Of a stretch of 11,367 bases of DNA, positions 6,623-11,367 are shown in pieces. A program made the position numbers and the translations under genes. The notes beneath the pieces are model-generated. The model worked only from the letters and a program-made list of their open reading frames with translations. It was not told the origin of the DNA and searched no databases. How positions within the stretch are numbered: position 1 is the first letter of the stretch; every line of letters starts with the position of its first letter. Source of the stretch: a virus (lineage: Duplodnaviria; Heunggongvirae; Uroviricota; Caudoviricetes); IMG/VR virus record IMGVR_UViG_2718217897_000002; one strand, given 5' to 3'.

Positions 6623-6659
6623 TACACAAAGCTTTGCACTGGATTGCAAGGCTTTGTGT
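6623..6659. terminator. Long imperfect hairpin (about 15 bp stem) between the convergent membrane-protein and integrase genes; candidate bidirectional terminator
   Basis: ACACAAAGC-T-TTGCA / 6-nt loop CTGGAT / TGCAA-G-GCTTTGTGT (6624-6659). On the minus strand it is followed by TTAGTTTTG. No clean T-run on the plus strand. Confidence 0.3.
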
Positions 6660-6679
6660 CATTCGATAGTTAAGGTGGA

Positions 6680-7837
6680 TCACTCCACCTTTTCATCAAG
6701 CCAATCCGCCCACCACTGCATCATTTCTCTGCGCTTATCGAGATACTGAGCGTGGTTGTAAATTCCACGCACAGAACCGCCGTTGGCATGTGCCAGTTGC
6801 ACTTCAATAGCATCAGCAGGCCATTCGTGCTCGTTCATAATCGTGCTGAATTCATGCCTGAATCCGTGACCGCTTTCCAGACCTTCATAGCCGATTTGTT
6901 TGATCACAAGCAATACCGCGTTCTCGCAGATTGGCTTCTTCTTATCGTTGCGCCCGGAAAAAACAAACTCTGATACTGGTTTAGTGATTGAGCTTAGTGT
7001 AGTGAGAAGTTCAACCACCTGGTCTGACATCGGGACAACATGAATTTTGCGTCCCTTCATCACACTGGCGTCGATGGTGATAATCCTGTTTTCAAAATCG
7101 ACGTTCTTCCATAGCATGGAACGAAGCTCTTTTGTTCTTAGGGCTGTGTAGCGTAAAATTTTGGTAGCAATGAGCGATACGATACTTCCTGAAAATGTTG
7201 CAAGTGCTTTGTTGAATGCCGGGATCTGGTCGGCAGGTAAAAATGGGAAGTTCTTCTTGCGGTATCCCTTCATGGCGTCAGCAAGGTCAGGTGCCGGGTT
7301 ATATTTAGCCCTTCCGGTGACAATAGCGTAACGGAAAACCTCGCCGCATCTTCTGCGGGCTTTGTTGGCTCGCTCCATTGCACCGCGATCTTCAAATCTG
7401 CGGATTACTTCCAGAAGTTGCATCGGCTCAATATCCTGAATTTCAAGGGCGCCGATGATAGGTAAAATGTCGTCATCAAACATTTTGGCAAGTTCATTTG
7501 CATAGCCTACTGACCAGACTTGCTTCTTGTGCTCGTACCATTCCTTGTAAATCGCACAAAAGGAATTGTTGTTAGACGAAGCCTTTTTCGCCTTTACCGG
7601 ATCGATGCCAACCGAGATGTCTTTCCTCGCAGTCCATGCTTTATCCCTTGCCTCCTGCAAAGTCATAAGCGGATATTTTCCGACGGTCAGGATTTTCTCC
7701 TTACCGTCAATCTTGTAGCGAAGCTGCCAGACCTTTTTTCCGGATACAGGGACATAAAGGTACAGGCCATTACCATCGAGAAGGCGGTATGGTTTTTCTT
7801 TCGGCTTTGCTGCTTCAATCTGCTTAACGGTGAGCAT
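6680..7837 (-). CDS. intS: P4-type tyrosine integrase, IntS-like (385 aa)
   Basis: Translation from the internal ATG (MLTVKQIEAAKPKEKPYRLLDGNGLYLYVPVSGKK...) through ...HAQYLDKRREMMQWWADWLDEKVE matches prophage integrase IntS as I recall it. Gene starts 161 bp downstream of the argW 3' end in the same orientation, the classic tRNA-int arrangement. The ORF track extends 12 codons further to a GTG at 7873. Confidence 0.9.
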   Translation of the reverse strand: MLTVKQIEAAKPKEKPYRLLDGNGLYLYVPVSGKKVWQLRYKIDGKEKILTVGKYPLMTLQEARDKAWTARKDISVGIDPVKAKKASSNNNSFCAIYKEWYEHKKQVWSVGYANELAKMFDDDILPIIGALEIQDIEPMQLLEVIRRFEDRGAMERANKARRRCGEVFRYAIVTGRAKYNPAPDLADAMKGYRKKNFPFLPADQIPAFNKALATFSGSIVSLIATKILRYTALRTKELRSMLWKNVDFENRIITIDASVMKGRKIHVVPMSDQVVELLTTLSSITKPVSEFVFSGRNDKKKPICENAVLLVIKQIGYEGLESGHGFRHEFSTIMNEHEWPADAIEVQLAHANGGSVRGIYNHAQYLDKRREMMQWWADWLDEKVE

Positions 7838-7998
7838 GGGTAAAAATCCGGTGGGTAAAATTATTTTATCCACTTTTTACCCGTCATGGTGTGCGGCTGT
7901 CAACGATCTGACGCGAACCATGCCGAACTGTGAATCTAAGGAAGGCTTGATATTCAAGGGATTTTGCGGACTGGTACGGATGGGAGCGAACTGATAAA

Positions 7999-8073
7999 TG
8001 GTGTCCCCTGCAGGAATCGAACCTGCAATTAGCCCTTAGGAGGGGCTCGTTATATCCATTTAACTAAGAGGAC
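7999..8073 (-). tRNA. argW: tRNA-Arg (anticodon CCU)
   Basis: Minus-strand 75-nt sequence GTCCTCTTAGTTAAATGGATATAACGAGCCCCTCCTAAGGGCTAATTGCAGGTTCGATTCCTGCAGGGGACACCA folds as a cloverleaf: 7-bp acceptor stem, D stem GTTA/TAAC, anticodon stem AGCCC/GGGCT with loop CTCCTAA (anticodon CCT), T stem GCAGG/CCTGC with loop TTCGATT, encoded CCA. Confidence 0.9.
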
Positions 8074-8084
8074 AATGCGGCATG

Positions 8085-8113
8085 AGTATACCCGCTAATG
8101 GAGTGCGGGGTAA
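8085..8113 (-). promoter_or_regulatory. Candidate argW promoter
   Basis: On the minus strand: TTACCC (plus 8108-8113), 17-bp spacer, TATACT (plus 8085-8090), then a GC-rich discriminator (CATGCCGC) typical of stable-RNA promoters, 11 nt before the mature tRNA 5' end. Confidence 0.35.
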
Positions 8114-8148
8114 GTACGCTGCCGCTCGATTGCTTAAACCCTCGCCAT

Positions 8149-9081
8149 TTATGCCGGGTTTTTATAATTTTTCTTAATGTTTTCCGCACGTTCTGCTTTT
8201 TGGCGTGCTTCTGCTTTACGCTTATTGCTCATGTCGTTACGAATCTGTGCATGACTCATTAACGCGAAGATAAAGGTGCCGCCGCAGATGTTCCCCGCTA
8301 AAGTAGGTAGTGCGAAGGGCCAGATGAAATCGCTCCAGTGCAGCGTGCCGTTAAACACCAGATAGAGGATTTCAACAGAACCGACCACGATATGGGTGGT
8401 GTCACCCAGGGCAATAAGCCAGGTCATCAATATAATCACCACAATCTTTGCCGCACCCGCTGCAGGAAACATCCAAACCATAGTGGCGATCAGCCAGCCG
8501 GAAATGATCGCGTTGGCAAACATCTCGCTGGGGGTGTTCTTCATCACATCCATGCCGATTTTGACAAATGCATCGCGAGTTTCTTCATTGAAGATAGGCA
8601 TATATTCAAATGCCCACGCCGCAATACCTGTCCCGAGAATATTACCCAGCAGCACGACGCCCCATAACCGTATAAGTAAGCCGACGTTGCTCATTGTCGG
8701 TTTTTGCATGACGGGTAGTACCGCAGTCACGGTATTTTCGGTAAATAATTGCTGGCGGGCCATAATGACGATAATAAAACCAAAGGTATAACCGAGATTC
8801 TCCAGCAAGAAGCTGCCCGGCACACCTTCCAGTTCGACATGAAATATCCCTTTTGCCAGTAACGAAGCGCCCATCGACAGACCCGCCGCAATGGCTGACC
8901 ACAGTAGCGCCATTGCGTCGCGTTCCAGCTCTTTTTCACCATCCTGGCGGATATGCTCATGAATTGCCATCGCCCGGGAGGGGAGTCGGTCTTCATCTAT
9001 TTCTATTTTTTTGCCGCGCTCTTTTTCTTCGCTCTCAACTTCAATTTCGTCGCTGTGTTGATCAATTTTGTCGTTGTCCAT
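8149..9081 (-). CDS. yfdC: Formate/nitrite transporter (FNT) family inner-membrane protein YfdC, 310 aa
   Basis: Acidic N-terminal tail followed by multiple hydrophobic helices. Sequence and position (between argW and mlaA) match E. coli YfdC as I recall it. Confidence 0.85.
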   Translation of the reverse strand: MDNDKIDQHSDEIEVESEEKERGKKIEIDEDRLPSRAMAIHEHIRQDGEKELERDAMALLWSAIAAGLSMGASLLAKGIFHVELEGVPGSFLLENLGYTFGFIIVIMARQQLFTENTVTAVLPVMQKPTMSNVGLLIRLWGVVLLGNILGTGIAAWAFEYMPIFNEETRDAFVKIGMDVMKNTPSEMFANAIISGWLIATMVWMFPAAGAAKIVVIILMTWLIALGDTTHIVVGSVEILYLVFNGTLHWSDFIWPFALPTLAGNICGGTFIFALMSHAQIRNDMSNKRKAEARQKAERAENIKKNYKNPA

Positions 9082-9262
9082 GGTCTCTTCTCTTGAATTA
9101 GCACGTATAGCTAAAGCGTAGCGGCTTTTTTGCTCGCAACTGACGGGAGTTACTCTGAAAATGTAGAAAAGGCTGCGTTTGCCTTTTTCTGTTTCTATAA
9201 AATCAAGTAGCCTACAGGGCGGCGATTACCAGGCTATGATCAAATCAGCAAATCAGGGCGTC

Positions 9263-9290
9263 TGGACATCAGTTGACGTGCTGTTACAAT
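9263..9290 (+). promoter_or_regulatory. Candidate sigma70 promoter for mlaA with extended -10
   Basis: TGGACA (9263-9268), 16-bp spacer, TGtTACAAT (TG at 9282-9283, hexamer 9285-9290), about 85 bp upstream of the mlaA ATG. Confidence 0.35.
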
Positions 9291-9374
9291 CGCCCACACC
9301 TAAACAGGCGGATACGGTATCGTTCCGTCATGGATGGCAAACTGCATAAGCCATAAAAAAACAGGGAGACATTT

Positions 9375-10130
9375 ATGAAGCTTCGCCTGTCGGCGCTTGC
9401 TCTGGGAACTACGCTTCTGGTGGGGTGTGCGAGTTCCGGTACAGATCAGCAAGGGCGTTCTGACCCGTTAGAAGGGTTCAACCGCACCATGTACAACTTC
9501 AACTTCAATGTATTAGACCCGTATATTGTTCGACCGGTCGCTGTCGCCTGGCGTGATTATGTTCCGCAACCGGCGCGTAACGGTTTGAGCAACTTTACTG
9601 GCAACCTTGAAGAACCTGCGGTGATGGTTAACTACTTCTTGCAGGGCGACCCTTATCAGGGGATGGTCCACTTTACCCGCTTTTTCCTGAACACCATTTT
9701 GGGGATGGGCGGTTTTATTGATGTTGCAGGGATGGCGAACCCGAAACTGCAACGGACTGAACCTCACCGCTTCGGTAGTACGCTTGGTCATTATGGCGTG
9801 GGTTATGGGCCTTACGTCCAGTTACCGTTCTACGGTAGCTTCACGCTGCGTGATGACGGTGGTGATATGGCGGATGGTCTTTACCCGGTTCTTTCCTGGC
9901 TGACCTGGCCGATGTCTGTGGGTAAATGGACGCTTGAAGGGATAGAAACTCGTGCGCAGTTGTTGGATTCCGATGGTCTGCTGCGTCAGTCGTCCGATCC
10001 TTATATTATGGTGCGCGAAGCGTACTTCCAGCGTCATGATTTCATCGCTAATGGCGGCGAACTCAAACCGCAGGAAAATCCGAACGCACAAGCGATTCAG
10101 GATGATTTAAAAGATATTGATTCTGAATAA
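9375..10130 (+). CDS. mlaA: Outer-membrane lipoprotein MlaA (VacJ), phospholipid-asymmetry maintenance, 251 aa
   Basis: SD GGGAGA 6 nt before the ATG. Signal peptide with lipobox LLVGC. Sequence matches MlaA/VacJ as I recall it. Confidence 0.9.
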   Translation: MKLRLSALALGTTLLVGCASSGTDQQGRSDPLEGFNRTMYNFNFNVLDPYIVRPVAVAWRDYVPQPARNGLSNFTGNLEEPAVMVNYFLQGDPYQGMVHFTRFFLNTILGMGGFIDVAGMANPKLQRTEPHRFGSTLGHYGVGYGPYVQLPFYGSFTLRDDGGDMADGLYPVLSWLTWPMSVGKWTLEGIETRAQLLDSDGLLRQSSDPYIMVREAYFQRHDFIANGGELKPQENPNAQAIQDDLKDIDSE

Positions 10131-10144
10131 GAAACAAATAAAAA

Positions 10145-10172
10145 AGGTGAGTCGCAAAACTCACCTTTTTTG
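10145..10172. terminator. Bidirectional rho-independent terminator after mlaA and the convergent interrupted gene
   Basis: AAAAA-AGGTGAGT-cgcaaa-ACTCACCT-TTTTTTG: 8-bp stem 10145-10152 / 10159-10166, flanked by an A-run upstream and a T-run downstream. Confidence 0.6.
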
Positions 10173-10311
10173 TTGTTATCCCTCAATTACCACAAGTAAA
10201 AGGAGATAAACCGACAATGACCCGGACGTAATGATGTAAAAATACTGATGTTCGTCACTGACTATTTCCGATATTCAGGCGTTGAAAAATCAAAAAACTG
10301 GAAAAATAATT

Positions 10312-10614
10312 TTAAATATCATCAAAATTAACACCTGGCGCAGATAGTTGATTAATTTCATTTTGATATTTCGCCTGGCGATTTTGAAGTCTTTTTTCAA
10401 CGTTATCTTCGAGATCCTTAAAGTCTTTGTATTTATTTTCAGGATGGTCAACGTCAACTTTGTTAGCGAATAAATTAGAAATTATTTCTTTTACATTATC
10501 GCGTCTAAATTTTGCATCGTCCACTTGAAAATCATATCTTATTGCTCGACCATAACGTTTAAAAACGTCGTTTGGTTCTCTCAGTCTTTCCCCGTTGAGC
10601 TCGTTTACAACCTG
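10312..10614 (-). pseudogene. 3' fragment of a gene interrupted by IS1 (position matches yfdF of E. coli K-12; identity unverified)
   Basis: The minus-strand frame is open from the IS1 left end (10614) to the stop at 10312-10314 (101 codons), with the only upstream stop lying inside the IS1 inverted repeat. The ORF-track start at 10524 is an internal GTG. Lys/Asn/Asp-rich, AT-rich coding sequence. Confidence 0.5.
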
Positions 10615-10669
10615 GGTGATGCTGCCAACTTACTGATTTAGTGTATGATGGTGTTTTTGAGGTGCTCCA

Positions 10670-10945
10670 GTGGCTTCTGTTTCTATCAGCTGTCCCTCCT
10701 GTTCAGCTACTGACGGGGTGGTGCGTAACGGCAAAAGCACCGCCGGACATCAGCGCTATCTCTGCTCTCACTGCCGTAAAACATGGCAACTGCAGTTCAC
10801 TTACACCGCTTCTCAACCCGGTACGCACCAGAAAATCATTGATATGGCCATGAATGGCGTTGGATGCCGGGCAACTGCCCGCATTATGGGCGTTGGCCTC
10901 AACACGATTTTACGTCACTTAAAAAACTCAGGCCGCAGTCGGTAA
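10670..10945 (+). CDS. insA: IS1 InsA (transposition repressor / N-terminal part of the InsAB' transposase), 91 aa
   Basis: GTG start. Product contains the zinc-finger CPSC...CSHC and matches IS1 InsA. Confidence 0.9.
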
Positions 10946-11367
10946 CCTCGCGCATACAGCCGGGCAGTGACGTCATCGTCTGCGCGGAAATGGACGAACA
11001 GTGGGGCTATGTCGGGGCTAAATCGCGCCAGCGCTGGCTGTTTTACGCGTATGACAGGCTCCGGAAGACGGTTGTTGCGCACGTATTCGGTGAACGCACT
11101 ATGGCGACGCTGGGGCGTCTTATGAGCCTGCTGTCACCCTTTGACGTGGTGATATGGATGACGGATGGCTGGCCGCTGTATGAATCCCGCCTGAAGGGAA
11201 AGCTGCACGTAATCAGCAAGCGATATACGCAGCGAATTGAGCGGCATAACCTGAATCTGAGGCAGCACCTGGCACGGCTGGGACGGAAGTCGCTGTCGTT
11301 CTCAAAATCGGTGGAGCTGCATGACAAAGTCATCGGGCATTATCTGAACATAAAACACTATCAATAA
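10864..11367 (+). CDS. insB: IS1 InsB reading frame (catalytic part of the InsAB' transposase made by -1 frameshifting), 167 aa
   Basis: Product matches IS1 InsB. Frame is -1 relative to insA and overlaps its 3' end. The stop codon is the last three bases of the window. Confidence 0.9.
10921..10927 (+). other. IS1 programmed -1 ribosomal frameshift motif (A6C)
   Basis: AAAAAAC lies in the insA/insB overlap, where IS1 is known to shift frame to make InsAB'. Confidence 0.6.

Larger units (their letters stand above)
10615..11367 (+). mobile_element. IS1 insertion sequence (partial: left inverted repeat through the end of insB; right end lies beyond the window)
   Basis: Starts with the canonical IS1 left end GGTGATGCTGCCAACTTACTGATTTAGTGTATGATGGTG, followed by insA and insB. 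The full element is about 768 bp and would end about 15 bp past the window. Confidence 0.9.

Noticed and set aside
6752-7843. Plus-strand ORFs 6752-6973 and 7520-7843
   Set aside because: Antisense within the integrase gene.
7838-7873. 12-codon N-terminal extension of the integrase to a GTG at 7873
   Set aside because: IntS-family proteins start at MLTVKQ; the extension has no SD.
8338-9101. Several ORFs on both strands overlapping yfdC (8338-8667, 8396-8791, 8853-9101 plus; 8642-8902, 8727-8996 minus)
   Set aside because: Alternative or antisense frames of a well-supported transporter gene; Arg/Cys/His-rich translations.
9513-10091. ORFs overlapping mlaA (9513-9791 minus, 9718-9903 plus, 9822-10091 minus)
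   Set aside because: Alternative or antisense frames of mlaA.
10217-10231. Mini-ORF ATG-ACC-CGG-ACG-TAA with strong SD AGGAGA upstream
   Set aside because: Only 4 codons. Could be a leader or start-stop element, but it is indistinguishable from chance.
10641-11333. ORFs 10641-10853 (plus) and 11043-11333 (minus) inside IS1
   Set aside because: Out-of-frame and antisense ORFs within IS1, not known IS1 products.
1-11367. Search for CRISPR repeats and for a second copy of the argW 3' end (attR-type direct repeat)
   Set aside because: No regularly spaced direct repeats and no second copy of the 20-25 nt tRNA 3' segment found by eye. The island boundary is therefore outside the window or deleted.

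Overview
Enterobacterial (Escherichia/Shigella-type) chromosome at the argW tRNA integration hotspot. The right part (7999-10614) is conserved core: tRNA-Arg(CCU) argW, yfdC (formate/nitrite-transporter family), the lipoprotein gene mlaA, then the 3' fragment of a gene cut by an IS1 copy that runs off the window end (insA/insB with the A6C frameshift motif). Directly downstream of argW is a complete P4-type integrase (IntS-like), followed by what reads as the end of a P22/Sf6-like prophage: a convergent tailspike gene (P22-type head-binding N-terminus, beta-helix centre, C-terminal autoproteolytic chaperone domain) abutting a 95-aa membrane protein gene. Upstream of the tailspike lies an AT-rich cassette of three small, separately transcribed genes (membrane-anchored coiled-coil protein, HExxH-motif protein, small basic protein), in the position where P22 carries immI/sieA. 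At about 1814-1829 this remnant is fused to a second integrative element: a 5'-truncated integrase, a 246-aa acidic hypothetical and an AlpA-family regulator. No CRISPR array or rRNA was seen. The best candidates for an undescribed function are the small-gene cassette (2271-3183) and the 95-aa membrane protein; none can be assigned a function from sequence alone, and all family assignments here are from reading the translations, not from database searches.
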